From assembly GCA_963730935.1 (NCBI GenBank), contig CAVSTP010000003.1, forward strand, positions 480,001-544,000: a DNA stretch of 64,000 nt, given 5' to 3'. Of the stretch, positions 17,485-28,395 are shown one piece after another. The notes under the pieces are model-generated. The model was not told the origin of the DNA and made no database searches. It was given only the letters and a program-made list of their open reading frames with translations. Origin of the DNA: an uncultured Nitrospiraceae bacterium. GTDB lineage: Bacteria > Nitrospirota > Nitrospiria > Nitrospirales > Nitrospiraceae. Position 1 is the stretch's first letter. Each line of letters opens with the position of its first letter. A program made the position numbers and the translations under genes.

Positions 17485-18144
17485 ATGGCGGACGCAAAAG
17501 ATCCTAAAAAAGCTAAAGGCGGAAAACCGGCCGGCCGGCCGGCAAAGAAAGAGGGCGGCAAAGCGCCCCAGGCATTTGACGACGGGAGCGAGGAGTCGAA
17601 ATTCCAGCCCCGGCTGCGCGATACCTATCGCGACCGGGTCGTGCCGGCTCTGATGAAGGAGTTCGGCTATAAGAACGTCATGCAGGTGCCGAAACTGGAA
17701 CGCATCGTGCTCAACGTGGGCATGAGCGAAGCCATTCAAAACGTGAAGCTGCTGGAAAGTGCGGCGACCGAATTGGGCACGATCACCGGGCAGAAGGCGG
17801 TGGTGACCAAGGCGAAGAAGGCCATCGCCGGCTTCAAGCTGCGCCAAGGCATGCCGATCGGGACCAAGGTCACGCTGCGGAACCGCCGCATGTACGAGTT
17901 TTTCGACCGCCTGGTGACCCTGGCGCTGCCGCGCATTCGCGATTTCCGCGGCGTGTCGCCCAAGGCGTTCGACGGCCGCGGCAACTATACGTTGGGTTTG
18001 AAGGAGCAATTGATTTTCCCGGAGATTCAATACGACGAGGTCGCCTCGATTCACGGGATGGATATCACGATCGTGACGACGGCGCGTACGAACGACGAAG
18101 GGAAAGCCCTGCTCACCCAGTTGGGCATGCCGTTTCGGACCTAA
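17485..18144 (+). CDS. rplE: 50S ribosomal protein L5 with N-terminal extension
   Basis: [24 protein letters not shown]. Confidence 0.97.
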   Translation: MADAKDPKKAKGGKPAGRPAKKEGGKAPQAFDDGSEESKFQPRLRDTYRDRVVPALMKEFGYKNVMQVPKLERIVLNVGMSEAIQNVKLLESAATELGTITGQKAVVTKAKKAIAGFKLRQGMPIGTKVTLRNRRMYEFFDRLVTLALPRIRDFRGVSPKAFDGRGNYTLGLKEQLIFPEIQYDEVASIHGMDITIVTTARTNDEGKALLTQLGMPFRT

Positions 18145-18165
18145 CATTGAACGAAGGAGTCACTT

Positions 18166-18351
18166 GTGTCGAGACTGGCGCTCAGGAATAAAACGGCGGC
18201 CAAGCCGAAATTCAAAACCCGCGGCTATCATCGCTGCGGATTGTGCGGGCGCGTGCACGGCTTTTTGCGGCGGTTCAAGATGTGCCGCATCTGTTTCCGG
18301 TTGCTGAGCCTGAAGGGAGAGATCCCTGGTGTCCGGAAGTCCAGTTGGTAG
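18166..18351 (+). CDS. rpsN: 30S ribosomal protein S14, short Zn-binding type Z
   Basis: 61 aa; CGLCGR and CRIC; ends IPGVRKSSW. Confidence 0.97.
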   Translation: MSRLALRNKTAAKPKFKTRGYHRCGLCGRVHGFLRRFKMCRICFRLLSLKGEIPGVRKSSW

Positions 18352-18409
18352 GACTCCTGGCCGGTCATGTGGCTGATAACTTTGACGAGAATTTGTTGAA
18401 AGGGTTCGT

Positions 18410-18805
18410 ATGGTAACCGATCCAATCAGCGACCTCTTAGTGCGATTGCGCAACGGGTTTCGCCGCAATCACGACGTCGTGATGATTCCCGCCTCAAAAT
18501 TGAAGCACGAAGTACTCCGGGTGCTTCAGGCCGAGGGATTCATTCAGGGCATCGAAGCGGCGACGGAAGATGGGCATCCTATGCTGAAAGTGCAATTGCG
18601 ATACGTGGGTGAGGGACAACCGATGATCACGGGCATGCAACGCGTGAGCAAGCCCGGGCGACGCGTGTACGTGGGTACGAGAGAGATTCCCCGCGTGCGC
18701 AACGGTATCGGGATGGCCATACTCTCGACCTCGAAAGGCATCATGACCGACCAATCGTCGCGTAAGGCCGGCCTTGGCGGCGAAGTGCTCTGCGCAGTCT
18801 GGTAA
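18410..18805 (+). CDS. rpsH: 30S ribosomal protein S8
   Basis: TDPISD, SKPGRRVY, GGEVLCAVW. Confidence 0.98.
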   Translation: MVTDPISDLLVRLRNGFRRNHDVVMIPASKLKHEVLRVLQAEGFIQGIEAATEDGHPMLKVQLRYVGEGQPMITGMQRVSKPGRRVYVGTREIPRVRNGIGMAILSTSKGIMTDQSSRKAGLGGEVLCAVW

Positions 18806-18822
18806 GGAAGGTAGAGGAAGCC

Positions 18823-19359
18823 ATGTCACGCATTGGAAATAAGCCGATTCCTGTTCCGACCGGCGTTGATGTGAAAATATCGGGATCCGTCGTCTCCGTG
18901 AAGGGGCCGCTCGGGAAGCTTGATTGGACGTTGAAGCCTGGGATCGGCGTCACGGTCGACAAGGGACATGTGGTCGTCACACGCTCCACCGACGAACGGA
19001 AAATTCGGGCCATGCACGGGTTGGTGCGCGCCGAACTGAACAACATGGTCCAGGGCGTGACCAAAGGCTATGAACGCAATATGGAGATTACGGGCGTCGG
19101 CTACAAGGCGGCGATCCAAGGAAAGACCATGAGCTTCAATGTCGGATACATCAATCCGGTGCAGTATCCGGTGCCCGCGGGGATCGACGTGAAGGTTGAC
19201 AAGCAGACGCTCATCAACATCAAGGGCGCCGACAAGCGGCTGGTCGGTCAAGTGGCGGCGAATCTTCGCGCCATCAAGCCGCCGGACGTCTATAAGCAAA
19301 AGGGCATTCGGTACTCCGGAGAAGTCTTGAGGAAGAAGGAAGGCAAGACCGGGAAGTAG
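18823..19359 (+). CDS. rplF: 50S ribosomal protein L6
   Basis: MSRIGNKP, PPDVYKQKGIRY. Confidence 0.98.
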   Translation: MSRIGNKPIPVPTGVDVKISGSVVSVKGPLGKLDWTLKPGIGVTVDKGHVVVTRSTDERKIRAMHGLVRAELNNMVQGVTKGYERNMEITGVGYKAAIQGKTMSFNVGYINPVQYPVPAGIDVKVDKQTLINIKGADKRLVGQVAANLRAIKPPDVYKQKGIRYSGEVLRKKEGKTGK

Positions 19360-19367
19360 GGTGAATC

Positions 19368-19733
19368 ATGAATAGTGCGGCAAAATTATCTCATCTCGCC
19401 AGACGCCAGCAGCGTGTCCGTCAGCGCATATTCGGAACGGATGAGCGGCCGCGGCTCAATGTCTATCGCAGCAGCGGCCATATCTATGCGCAGATCATTA
19501 ACGACCTCAAGGGCACGACGCTGGCGGCTGCCTCGTCGCTGGACAAGTCCTTGCGGAAGACGTTGAAGTCCACCAGCAGCATCGTCGCGGCCAAAGCCGT
19601 CGGCACGCTCCTGGCCGAGCGCGCCAAGAACGCCAAGGTCCAAAAGGTCGTCTTTGACCGCGCTGGCCGGCTGTATCACGGCCGGATCAAGGCGTTGGCG
19701 GATGCCTCCCGCGAAGGCGGACTGCAATTCTAG
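19368..19733 (+). CDS. rplR: 50S ribosomal protein L18
   Basis: [23 protein letters not shown]. Confidence 0.98.
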   Translation: MNSAAKLSHLARRQQRVRQRIFGTDERPRLNVYRSSGHIYAQIINDLKGTTLAAASSLDKSLRKTLKSTSSIVAAKAVGTLLAERAKNAKVQKVVFDRAGRLYHGRIKALADASREGGLQF

Positions 19734-19757
19734 GTAGGATAGAAGGGAGCAACGAGC

Positions 19758-20264
19758 GTGCGAGTCAATCCAGACGAACTGAGCCTCAAGGATAAGGTCG
19801 TGTTCATCAATCGTGTCGCCAAAGTCGTCAAAGGCGGCAAGCGCTTCAATTTCTGCGCGCTCGTCGTGGTGGGTGACGGACAGGGGTGGGTCGGCATCGG
19901 TAAGGGCAAGGCCGCGGAAGTACCAGTCGCCATCGCGAAAGCTGTGCAGCAGGCGAAGAAGAATCTCGTCCATGTTCCACTCAAGTCGGGCACCATTCCG
20001 CACGAGGTCCACGGCTTGTTTGGCGGCGAACACGTCCTCTTGAAGCCGGCGGTCGCAGGGACCGGCATCATTGCCGGCGGAGCCGTGCGAGCCGTCGTGG
20101 AGCTTGTGGGCGCCCACAACATCATTTCCAAAACGTTGGGACGGGGGAATCCGTTCAATACAGTGCGCGCGACGCTGGACGGTCTCACGCAGCTCAGAAA
20201 TCCTGAGGAGGTCATGCGGTTGCGCCGGGGCGAAGAGCTTCAAGCGGGAGTGCTGGCGTCATGA
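19758..20264 (+). CDS. rpsE: 30S ribosomal protein S5
   Basis: [20 protein letters not shown]. Confidence 0.98.
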   Translation: MRVNPDELSLKDKVVFINRVAKVVKGGKRFNFCALVVVGDGQGWVGIGKGKAAEVPVAIAKAVQQAKKNLVHVPLKSGTIPHEVHGLFGGEHVLLKPAVAGTGIIAGGAVRAVVELVGAHNIISKTLGRGNPFNTVRATLDGLTQLRNPEEVMRLRRGEELQAGVLAS

Positions 20265-20470
20265 CCACGGCAAAAACCGCGAAAGCACCGGCTCAGAGCC
20301 TCCGCATCACCCTGAAGCGCAGCCCGATCGGCACGCCCGAACGTCATCGCCTGGTGCTGCGGGGGCTCGGCTTGCGGAAAATCCGGCAGTCGGTCGTCCG
20401 TCCCGATACGGCACAAGTCAGAGGACTGATACATAAAGTGAGTTACTTGTTGGAAGTGCAGCCATCATGA
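20261..20470 (+). CDS. rpmD: 50S ribosomal protein L30
   Basis: [17 protein letters not shown]. Confidence 0.96.
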   Translation: MTTAKTAKAPAQSLRITLKRSPIGTPERHRLVLRGLGLRKIRQSVVRPDTAQVRGLIHKVSYLLEVQPS

Positions 20471-20916
20471 AATTACATGAACTCGCGCCCGCCAAGGGCG
20501 CCAAGAAGAAGCGGAAGCGCATCGGTCGCGGTCCGGGGTCCGGTCACGGAAAGACGGCGACGAAAGGGCACAAGGGATTGCTGGCCCGCTCGGGTGGCGG
20601 CAAGCAGCCGGGGTTCGAGGGCGGTCAAATGCCGTTGATCCGCCGCGTGCCGAAGTACGGTTTCACGAATCCGTTCCGGAAGGAATACGCGATCGTCAAT
20701 ATCGAGCGTCTAGCCGACCTACCGGCTACAGGCATGATCACCCCGCAAGCGATGGTGGATGCCGGTCTGGTCAAGCGCGTCACGCTGCCGATCAAGATAT
20801 TGGGCAACGGTGAGCTCAAAAAACCAATCGTCGTGCAGGCGCACAAGTTCAGCAAATCGGCGGAGGCGAAGATTCAAGCGGCGGGAGGGTCAATAGAGGT
20901 TATCCCCGGTGTTTGA
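20467..20916 (+). CDS. rplO: 50S ribosomal protein L15
   Basis: RIGRGPGSGHGKT, FEGGQMPL. Confidence 0.98.
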   Translation: MKLHELAPAKGAKKKRKRIGRGPGSGHGKTATKGHKGLLARSGGGKQPGFEGGQMPLIRRVPKYGFTNPFRKEYAIVNIERLADLPATGMITPQAMVDAGLVKRVTLPIKILGNGELKKPIVVQAHKFSKSAEAKIQAAGGSIEVIPGV

Positions 20917-22228
20917 GCGGCTCCTGACCAGCTTTCAGAATATCCTGAAAATTCCCGAGCTGCGGACCCGCATTCTGTTCACCCTGGGAATGCTGGTTGT
21001 GTATCGGGTCGGAGCACACATTCCGACGCCGGGCATCAACGGCGAAGCGCTGTCCGAGTTCTTACAGAAACAGGGAGGGGCACTTCTCGGGTTTCTCGAT
21101 ATTTTTTCGGGCGGCTCGCTGTCCCGGCTGACGATCTTTGCGCTGGGCATCATGCCCTATATCAGCGCCTCGATCATTTTGCAGCTGCTGACGGTGGTGG
21201 TCCCCCATCTCTCGAAGCTGGCAAAAGAAGGCGAGCGCGGCCGTAAGAAGATTATTCAGTACACGCGGTTCGGCACGATCGGCATCGCGTTGATTCAGGG
21301 CTTCGGGATCGCCATCGGCCTCGAGCAGATGAACGGCGGGGCGTTCGTCCTGGACAAGGGCTGGGCATTCCGGCTGATGACGGTGATCACGCTGACGGCC
21401 GGCACCGGCTTCCTGATGTGGCTGGGCGAGCAGATTACGGAGCGGGGAATCGGCAACGGGATCTCGCTCATTATTTTCGCAGGGATCGTCGCGCGTCTGC
21501 CCTCGGCCGTGGCGCAGACCTATAACCTGTATGAGATCGGCCAGCTCAACGCGTTCCTGCTGGTCGGGCTTGCCGCCCTGATGGTGGCGGTCGTCGCCGC
21601 GATTGTGTTTTTGGAAAGCGGCCGGCGCAAGGTTCCGGTCCAGTACGCGAAGAGGGTGGTCGGCCGGAGGGTGTACGGTGGGCAGAGCACGCACATTCCG
21701 CTGAAGATTAATACGGCAGGAGTGATTCCGCCCATTTTTGCATCATCGATCATTGCGTTTCCGGCGACGATTGCGGGATTTTTCGAGACGCCCTGGATCA
21801 AAGCGATCGGTGCACAACTGTCACCCGGATCGCTGCTATACACGCTGATGTATGTTGGGCTGATCCTATTTTTCTGTTTCTTTTACACGGCGGTGGTCCT
21901 CAATCCGGTCGATATGGCGGACAACATGAAGAAGTATGGGGGCTTCATCCCCGGCATCCGCCCCGGACAACGGACCTCCGACTATATCTATAAGGTGTTG
22001 ACGCATATTACGTTCGCCGGCGCGATTTACCTGGCGGTCGTCTGTGTGATTCCGGAGTTTCTGATCTACAAGCTGAACGTTCCGTTTTATTTCGGCGGCA
22101 CGTCGTTGTTGATCGTGATCGGCGTGGGACTCGATACCGCGCAGCAGATCGAGTCGCACATGCTGATGCGTAATTATGAAGGGTTTTTGGGAAAGGGCAT
22201 GGGCCCCCTCCGTGGCCGGAGCGGGTGA
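20909..22228 (+). CDS. secY: preprotein translocase SecY
   Basis: IFALGIMPYISASII, GIGNGISL, IPGIRPG, FGGTSLLI. Confidence 0.99.
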   Translation: MFERLLTSFQNILKIPELRTRILFTLGMLVVYRVGAHIPTPGINGEALSEFLQKQGGALLGFLDIFSGGSLSRLTIFALGIMPYISASIILQLLTVVVPHLSKLAKEGERGRKKIIQYTRFGTIGIALIQGFGIAIGLEQMNGGAFVLDKGWAFRLMTVITLTAGTGFLMWLGEQITERGIGNGISLIIFAGIVARLPSAVAQTYNLYEIGQLNAFLLVGLAALMVAVVAAIVFLESGRRKVPVQYAKRVVGRRVYGGQSTHIPLKINTAGVIPPIFASSIIAFPATIAGFFETPWIKAIGAQLSPGSLLYTLMYVGLILFFCFFYTAVVLNPVDMADNMKKYGGFIPGIRPGQRTSDYIYKVLTHITFAGAIYLAVVCVIPEFLIYKLNVPFYFGGTSLLIVIGVGLDTAQQIESHMLMRNYEGFLGKGMGPLRGRSG

Positions 22229-22234
22229 GACCAC

Positions 22235-22891
22235 ATGCGCGTCGTGTTTCTCGGAGCGCCGGGTGTCGGCAAGGGTACGCAAGCCGACCGGATTGCGGCG
22301 CACTTTAAGATCGCGAAGATTTCGACCGGGGATCTCCTGCGGGAGGCGGTCCGAAATCAGACGGAATTGGGGCGAGAGGCCAAACGGTACATGGACCAGG
22401 GACAACTGGTTCCTGATGCCGTCGTCATCGGGCTTGTACGTGACAAACTGGGGGAGCCAGCAAGCGCGAACGGCTTCGTGCTCGACGGGTTCCCGAGGAC
22501 GGTGCCCCAGGCTGAGGCATTGGGAAGGGTCCTGCAGGACACCCAGCGGCCGTTGCACCGGGTGGTGAAATTCGAGGTGCCGCGGCCGGACGTGATCCGG
22601 CGGTTGAGCGGCCGGCGCAGTTGCCCGAAGTGCCAGGCGACATTTCATGTGGAGTTTGCCCCATCGAAAAAAGGCGACGCGTGCGATCGATGCGGCGAAA
22701 CGTTAGTTCAACGGAGCGATGACAAACCGGAAGCCATTGAAACGAGGTTACAGGTCTTCGAGGAACAGACGACGCCGTTGATCCGGTATTACGCCAGCAA
22801 GCGGCTCCTCTCGGAAGTGAATGCTTCCGGCTCTGTGGACGCGGTATTCGAAGCCTTGTTCAGTGTGCTCGCGCCTTACAGCGCAATATGA
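22235..22891 (+). CDS. adk: adenylate kinase with Zn-binding lid
   Basis: GAPGVGKGTQ, DGFPRT, lid CPKC and CDRC. Confidence 0.98.
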   Translation: MRVVFLGAPGVGKGTQADRIAAHFKIAKISTGDLLREAVRNQTELGREAKRYMDQGQLVPDAVVIGLVRDKLGEPASANGFVLDGFPRTVPQAEALGRVLQDTQRPLHRVVKFEVPRPDVIRRLSGRRSCPKCQATFHVEFAPSKKGDACDRCGETLVQRSDDKPEAIETRLQVFEEQTTPLIRYYASKRLLSEVNASGSVDAVFEALFSVLAPYSAI

Positions 22892-23655
22892 TCATCCTCA
22901 AGACGCCAGACGAGATTGCCGTGATGGCAAAGGCGTCAAGAGTCGTGGCTGAAGCGCTGGCAGTACTCAAGGACGCGGTCAAGCCAGGCGTTACGACCGA
23001 CGAGTTGGACCGGTTGGCGGAATCGGAAATCCGCGCGAGGGGCGCGATTCCGGCGTTCAAAGGATACCGCAATTATCCGAAGACGCTGTGCGCATCGGTG
23101 AACGAGCAGGTTGTGCACGGCATTCCCTCCAAACGGGTCTTGAAGGAGGGAGACATCGTCGGCCTCGATCTTGGAGCGATCGTCGGTGGATTCTACGGAG
23201 ATTCGGCCATCACGGTTGGGGTAGGTCGGATCGACGAGAAGACGGCGGCGCTAGTGCGGGTCACAGAAGAATCGCTGTCGCTCGCGATTGAGCAGGCGCA
23301 GGTCGGCAACCGGTTGTCGGATATTTCCCATGCGGTCCAGCGACACGTGGAAGCCGCCGGCTATTCAGTCGTGACAGAGTTCGTCGGGCACGGCATCGGG
23401 CGGCAGTTGCATGAAGAACCGCAGGTGCCGAATTACGGGAAGCCGGGACAGGGGCCCCGCTTGCAAGCGGGAATGGTCTTGGCGATTGAGCCGATGGTGA
23501 ATATGGGCGGCTCAGCCGTTCGGGTGCTGGATGACCGCTGGACCGCGGTGACCGTCGACGGCAGCCTGTCCGCGCACTTTGAACATACGATTGCGATTCA
23601 GCCGAGCGGACCGGCGGTCGTGTTGAGCCGGGTCTCTAAAAGGATGGAAGCGTGA
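22888..23655 (+). CDS. map: methionine aminopeptidase type I
   Basis: VHGIP, GHGIG-x2-LHEEP, AIEPM, SAHFEHT. Confidence 0.98.
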   Translation: MIILKTPDEIAVMAKASRVVAEALAVLKDAVKPGVTTDELDRLAESEIRARGAIPAFKGYRNYPKTLCASVNEQVVHGIPSKRVLKEGDIVGLDLGAIVGGFYGDSAITVGVGRIDEKTAALVRVTEESLSLAIEQAQVGNRLSDISHAVQRHVEAAGYSVVTEFVGHGIGRQLHEEPQVPNYGKPGQGPRLQAGMVLAIEPMVNMGGSAVRVLDDRWTAVTVDGSLSAHFEHTIAIQPSGPAVVLSRVSKRMEA

Positions 23656-23681
23656 CACGTCAGGCGAAAGGATAACGGTTC

Positions 23682-23900
23682 GTGCCGAAGGAAGACATTA
23701 TTGAGATCCAAGGATCGGTACTGGAGACCCTCCCTAACGCCATGTTTCGCGTGCAACTGGACAACGGGCACAAAATTCTCGCCCATATCTCGGGGAAAAT
23801 GCGGATGCACTTCATTCGCATCCTTCCGGGCGACAAGGTCACGGTAGAAATGTCGCCGTATGACCTGACGCGAGGGCGCATTACGTACCGGTTCAAGTAG
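23682..23900 (+). CDS. infA: translation initiation factor IF-1
   Basis: [24 protein letters not shown]. Confidence 0.98.
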   Translation: MPKEDIIEIQGSVLETLPNAMFRVQLDNGHKILAHISGKMRMHFIRILPGDKVTVEMSPYDLTRGRITYRFK

Positions 23901-23915
23901 GAGTCTGAACGTCTC

Positions 23916-24029
23916 ATGAAGGTCAAATCATCGGTCAAGCCGATTTGCGCGAAATGTAAGGTCGTACGACGCCGTGGGGTGGTCAGAATTCTCTGTGAGA
24001 ACCCGCGGCACAAACAGCGACAGGGATAG
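23916..24029 (+). CDS. rpmJ: 50S ribosomal protein L36, Zn-binding type (not in the ORF track)
   Basis: Manual translation: [37 protein letters not shown]. Confidence 0.97.
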   Translation: MKVKSSVKPICAKCKVVRRRGVVRILCENPRHKQRQG

Positions 24030-24128
24030 CTGAGCCTGAGTGCGACTCCCCCTCCGCGTGTGCCATACACCCGTGGCATGAAGGAGAGCGAGCACTTGGT
24101 CCTCGGCAGGTAGCAGACTGGAGGGAGC

Positions 24129-24524
24129 ATGGCACGTATTGCCGGAGTCGATTTACCCAGAGAGAAGCGGTCGGATATCGGCCTGACCTATGTGTTCGGG
24201 ATCGGCCGGGCGGCAGCCCGTCACATCCTCGACAAGGCCGGAATCGACGGCGCCATCCGGGTGAAGGATCTCAGCGAAGATCAGATCGTCAAGATCCGCG
24301 AAATCATCGACCAGGACTATCAGGTTGAAGGCGATTTGCGGAAAACCGTCTCAATGAACATCAAGCGCCTCATCGATACCGGCACGTATCGAGGTCTTCG
24401 CCATCGCAAGGGCCTGCCGGTTCGCGGTCAACGGTCCAAAACCAATGCACGCACGAGAAAAGGCCGTCGCGCCGGAGTCGGCAGCAAGCCGAGACCGGCC
24501 GCTCGTCCGGCTCCCACAGCGTGA
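24129..24524 (+). CDS. rpsM: 30S ribosomal protein S13
   Basis: [28 protein letters not shown]. Confidence 0.99.
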   Translation: MARIAGVDLPREKRSDIGLTYVFGIGRAAARHILDKAGIDGAIRVKDLSEDQIVKIREIIDQDYQVEGDLRKTVSMNIKRLIDTGTYRGLRHRKGLPVRGQRSKTNARTRKGRRAGVGSKPRPAARPAPTA

Positions 24525-24547
24525 TCGTTCATCCGTAGGAGTGATCT

Positions 24548-24931
24548 ATGAGCGTGAAAAAAGGCAAGAAGAAAGAACGCCGGATGGTCCAGAGCGGGAT
24601 CGCTCATGTCCAGGCGTCATTTAACAATACCATCGTGACGATCACCGATATGAGCGGCAATACGGTCGTCTGGGCGAGCGCCGGCAATCAAGGCTTCAAG
24701 GGATCGCGCAAAAGCACGCCCTTTGCGGCGCAACGGGCCGGCGAAGCAGCCGCGCGCAAGGCCATGGAAAGCGGCATGCGCCAGGTGGATGTCTATGTGA
24801 ACGGGCCGGGGTCGGGGCGGGAGTCCGCGATTCGCTCGTTGCAGGGGGCAGGACTACGGATCAATCTCATCCGTGACGTCACGCCGATCCCGCACAACGG
24901 ATGTCGGCCGCCCAAACGGCGTCGGGTGTAA
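24548..24931 (+). CDS. rpsK: 30S ribosomal protein S11
   Basis: [26 protein letters not shown]. Confidence 0.99.
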   Translation: MSVKKGKKKERRMVQSGIAHVQASFNNTIVTITDMSGNTVVWASAGNQGFKGSRKSTPFAAQRAGEAAARKAMESGMRQVDVYVNGPGSGRESAIRSLQGAGLRINLIRDVTPIPHNGCRPPKRRRV

Positions 24932-25003
24932 GAGCATGAGCAGACAGGTGTGTGTGAACGGGCAGGCCATAATAGGCGAGCCCGGCAAACGGAGGTAAAG
25001 AAC

Positions 25004-25630
25004 GTGGCGAAGTATCGGGGACCAGTCTGTCGGTTATGTCGCCGTGAAGGCGAGAAGTTATTCTTGAAGGGCTCTCGCTGCATGACGGAAAAATGTGCGA
25101 TCGAGCGTCGCAGCTATCCACCCGGCCAGCACGGTCAGGCCAGGCCGCGCATTTCAGACTACAGCACGCAGTTGCGCGAGAAGCAGAAATTGCGGCGTAT
25201 CTACGGCCTTCAAGAACGGCAGTTCCGCGGCGTCTTCGAGCGGGCTGAGCGCAGGGCGGGCGTCACTGGTGAGGCGTTGCTGCGATTGCTCGAGTGCCGT
25301 CTCGACAACGTCGTCTACCGGCTCGGATTCGGGGCATCCCGCAAGGAAGCGCGGCAGGTCGTGGGACACGGCCATGTGACGGTCAACGGCCGGAAGAACA
25401 ACATCCCGGGCGCACAAGTCCGTGCCGGCGACGTGGTGGCCGTGCGCGAACGCAGCCGTAGCCTGGTGTCGATTCAAAGCGCGCTGGAGTCCGTCGAGGG
25501 CCGAGGCATTCCCGAATGGTTGGAGTTGGATAAGGCCGGGTTCAAGGGGACCGTGCGCGCATTGCCGACGAAGGATCAGATCACGCTGCCCGTCAACGAA
25601 CAGATGGTCGTGGAATTGTATTCGCGATAA
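25004..25630 (+). CDS. rpsD: 30S ribosomal protein S4
   Basis: GTG 25004 after GGAGG gives [26 protein letters not shown]; ends VVELYSR. Confidence 0.98.
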   Translation: MAKYRGPVCRLCRREGEKLFLKGSRCMTEKCAIERRSYPPGQHGQARPRISDYSTQLREKQKLRRIYGLQERQFRGVFERAERRAGVTGEALLRLLECRLDNVVYRLGFGASRKEARQVVGHGHVTVNGRKNNIPGAQVRAGDVVAVRERSRSLVSIQSALESVEGRGIPEWLELDKAGFKGTVRALPTKDQITLPVNEQMVVELYSR

Positions 25631-25705
25631 GCAACTTCATACAACGCCGGTTCCTGCAGAATGCATCGCAGAAAGCGCGGCGGCTGACAGGATGAAGGGG
25701 GACTC

Positions 25706-26704
25706 ATGATCAAGGCGATGAAAGATTTCCAAATCCCGATGCGAGTCGAGGTCGACAAAGAAACGGCTTCCGCTACGTTCGGGCGATTCTCCACCGAGGC
25801 GTACGAGCGGGGCTTCGGCACGACGGTCGGCAACGCACTGCGCCGGGTGCTGCTCTCGTCCCTGACCGGCGCAGCCGTGACGACGGTCAAGATCGAGGGC
25901 GTCCTGCACGAGTTTTCGACGATTCCCGGTGTGACCGAAGATGTCACCTCGATCATCCTCAATGTGAAGGGGCTGCGTCTGGCCTTGCATACCGACAAGC
26001 CCAAGACGATCCGGTTGAAAAAGAAGGGGCCCGGCGAAGCCAAGGGGTCGGATATCATCCATGACGCGGACATTTCCATTTTGACGCCCAATCTGCATAT
26101 CGCGACCCTCGACAAGGACGCCACGTTGGATGTGGAGATGACGGTCAAGCATGGCCGCGGGTACGTGCCGGCCGAGCGGAACAAGGAGGAAGGGTTGCCG
26201 ATCGGGGTGATCGCGATCGATTCCATCTTTTCTCCGATCAAGCGGGTCAACTTTCACGTCGAAAATGCCCGCGTCGGACGGATGACGGATTACGATAAAT
26301 TGACCCTGGAAATCTGGACGGATGGAACCATCTCTCCGAGCGACGCATTATCAACGGCCGCTGGCATCTTGCGCGACCATGTCGAAATCTTCATCAATCC
26401 CGATGCGAGAGTGGAAGGCCGCGCCGAACTCACCGGCGACGAGGCCCAGCGGGAAATCAACAAGAATCTCTTCCGGAGCGTCAATGAGTTGGAGTTGTCG
26501 GTCCGCGCGGCGAATTGCTTGAAAAATGCCAACATCAAGACGATCGCGGACCTGGTGCAGAAATCCGAAGCCGAAATGTTGAAGACCAAGAACTTCGGGA
26601 AGAAGTCGCTGAACGAAATCAAGGAAATTTTGACGGACATGGGGCTGAGCCTCGGCGTCAAGCTGGACGCAATGGCTTCAGGCGGCGGTCCCAAGAACGA
26701 GTAA
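25706..26704 (+). CDS. rpoA: RNA polymerase alpha subunit
   Basis: ERGFGTTVGNALRRVLLSS, LELSVRAANCL, NFGKKSL. Confidence 0.99.
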   Translation: MIKAMKDFQIPMRVEVDKETASATFGRFSTEAYERGFGTTVGNALRRVLLSSLTGAAVTTVKIEGVLHEFSTIPGVTEDVTSIILNVKGLRLALHTDKPKTIRLKKKGPGEAKGSDIIHDADISILTPNLHIATLDKDATLDVEMTVKHGRGYVPAERNKEEGLPIGVIAIDSIFSPIKRVNFHVENARVGRMTDYDKLTLEIWTDGTISPSDALSTAAGILRDHVEIFINPDARVEGRAELTGDEAQREINKNLFRSVNELELSVRAANCLKNANIKTIADLVQKSEAEMLKTKNFGKKSLNEIKEILTDMGLSLGVKLDAMASGGGPKNE

Positions 26705-26715
26705 GAGAGGGCATC

Positions 26716-27132
26716 GTGCGTCATCGAAAAAAAGGCAGACAACTCGGTCGACAGACCAAACACCGCTGGGCGTTGTTCAGAAGCCTGGTGACCTCGCTGC
26801 TCGAACATGAGCGGATTGAAACCACCGAGGCGAAGGCGAAAGAAATTCGCGGCTTTACCGACCGCATGATCACGTTGGGCAAAGACGGCTCTTTGCCGGC
26901 CCGGCGTCGGGCGCTCAGCTTCCTGCGGAGCAAAGACGTCGTCTCGAAGCTGTTCAGCGATGTCGCAGGCCGGTTCAAGGATCGGCCCGGCGGCTATACG
27001 AGAATGGTGAAAACCCGCCGGCGGATCGGCGATGCCGCCGAGTTGGTCGCCATCGAGTTGGTGGCCAGAGCCGAAGCGGCGCCCCCGAAAAAATCCGCTG
27101 CGACTCCCGCCAAGACAGAAAAGTCCGAGTAG
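26716..27132 (+). CDS. rplQ: 50S ribosomal protein L17
   Basis: GTG 26716 gives MRHRKKGRQLGR; RPGGYTR. Confidence 0.97.
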   Translation: MRHRKKGRQLGRQTKHRWALFRSLVTSLLEHERIETTEAKAKEIRGFTDRMITLGKDGSLPARRRALSFLRSKDVVSKLFSDVAGRFKDRPGGYTRMVKTRRRIGDAAELVAIELVARAEAAPPKKSAATPAKTEKSE

Positions 27133-27153
27133 GTCCCACAAGGGACCTACTCG
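27126..27153 (+). terminator. perfect 12-bp hairpin at the end of the ribosomal protein superoperon (no U-tract)
   Basis: CGAGTAGGTCCC-ACAA-GGGACCTACTCG, overlapping the rplQ stop codon. Confidence 0.6.
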
Positions 27154-27206
27154 TCGGTATCCCGCATCATCGCTGCCTGTTTCGTGGCTCCGTTCGGGCG
27201 TCAGAG

Positions 27207-27235
27207 TTTACTTGCCTCGGGCCTCCTGCTATTAT
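27207..27235 (+). promoter_or_regulatory. putative sigma70 promoter for the lptCAB-rpoN operon
   Basis: TTTACT-17 bp-TATTAT with an extended -10 TG. Confidence 0.55.
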
Positions 27236-27278
27236 CGTGCCAGTCATTTTCCTGCCCAAGAGAGGAACGGACAACGCT

Positions 27279-27851
27279 GTGTGGCAGCGGTTGGCACAAC
27301 GGATCTTATTGGGGCTCAGCGTCCTTCTGGGGTGCCTGCTGATCTATCTACTCCTGACCAATTCCACGGCCTCTCCGCCTCCGACGGCCACCGCACCGGG
27401 AACCATCAACCAGGCCGATGCTATCATCTCCAAATTCACCTTTACCCAGACCAAGGGCGACAAGGTGCAGTGGCAGGTTGATGCTCAGCAGGCTCGTCTG
27501 TTCGAGCAGGACAAAAAGGCGATCCTGGACAACGTGGCCGTCACCTTATTCGGGGTCCAGGGCAGAGAGCTGACGGTCCATGGCGACGAGGGCACGTTGA
27601 ATACCGAGACCAAGAACTTTCTCCTGGCCAATCGCTCAGAACCGCTGGTGATTTACACCCAAAGCGGCTACACCATCTATACCAACCACCTGGTGTGGAC
27701 GGATCAAACCCGGGAAATTCGCACGCAGGATCCTGTCCATATCGTCGGACATGGTCTGGATGTCAAAGGTCGCGGCCTCTTGGGTCATCTCGATACGGAA
27801 GAATTCGAAGTGCTTGAGGACGTGCATGTGGAAGTGGCTCCTGTTTCTTAA
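27279..27851 (+). CDS. lptC: LPS export protein LptC
   Basis: N-terminal TM helix followed by a beta-rich domain; precedes lptA/lptB; GTG 27279 after GAGGA. Confidence 0.85.
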   Translation: MWQRLAQRILLGLSVLLGCLLIYLLLTNSTASPPPTATAPGTINQADAIISKFTFTQTKGDKVQWQVDAQQARLFEQDKKAILDNVAVTLFGVQGRELTVHGDEGTLNTETKNFLLANRSEPLVIYTQSGYTIYTNHLVWTDQTREIRTQDPVHIVGHGLDVKGRGLLGHLDTEEFEVLEDVHVEVAPVS

Positions 27852-28395
27852 CGGTCTGATATTGGCGACGATGACGGCCGCTCTGGCCGCCGTGGAGCCG
27901 GCCTCCAACGCCGTTTCGGACCCGGCGGTGGGCACGACCGTCATTTCGCAGAAAATGACGTTCAAGAATCAGGAGAGCCAGGCGGTCTTCGATGGAGCGG
28001 TGGTGCTGACCCGCGGCACGCTCGTCGTCTATTCTGACCGGATGGTCGTGTCTTTCCGCAGCCAGGAAGCGGGCACCGATTCCAAGAAGCCCGCTGAGGT
28101 CGGGAAAAGCCCGACGACGCCGGCGAAAGGTCCTGATACCGTCTCGAACCGCGCCGTGACTCAGATCGAAGCGACCGGACGCGTCAAGATCGAGCGGGAT
28201 GCCGGCAATGCCACATGTCAGAAGGCCGTGTATTATCGCGAGGAAGACAAGATCGTCCTGACGGGCGATCCGGTTGCCTGGGACAAAGGGACCAGAGTCA
28301 GTGGCAAGCGCATCACCATGTTCTTGTCGGAAGACCGGACCGTGGTCGAAGGCGGTTCCCGCGTGAGAATTGAGCCTGAGGGAGGAGCGAAGTGA
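27826..28395 (+). CDS. lptA: LPS transport periplasmic protein LptA (OstA-like)
   Basis: Signal peptide [36 protein letters not shown]; upstream of lptB. Confidence 0.88.
   Translation: MWKWLLFLNGLILATMTAALAAVEPASNAVSDPAVGTTVISQKMTFKNQESQAVFDGAVVLTRGTLVVYSDRMVVSFRSQEAGTDSKKPAEVGKSPTTPAKGPDTVSNRAVTQIEATGRVKIERDAGNATCQKAVYYREEDKIVLTGDPVAWDKGTRVSGKRITMFLSEDRTVVEGGSRVRIEPEGGAK

Noticed and set aside
27269..27282. GGAC-AACGCT-GT upstream of lptC resembling an ANTAR hairpin
   Set aside because: Only 2 bp of stem, no second hairpin and no downstream terminator.
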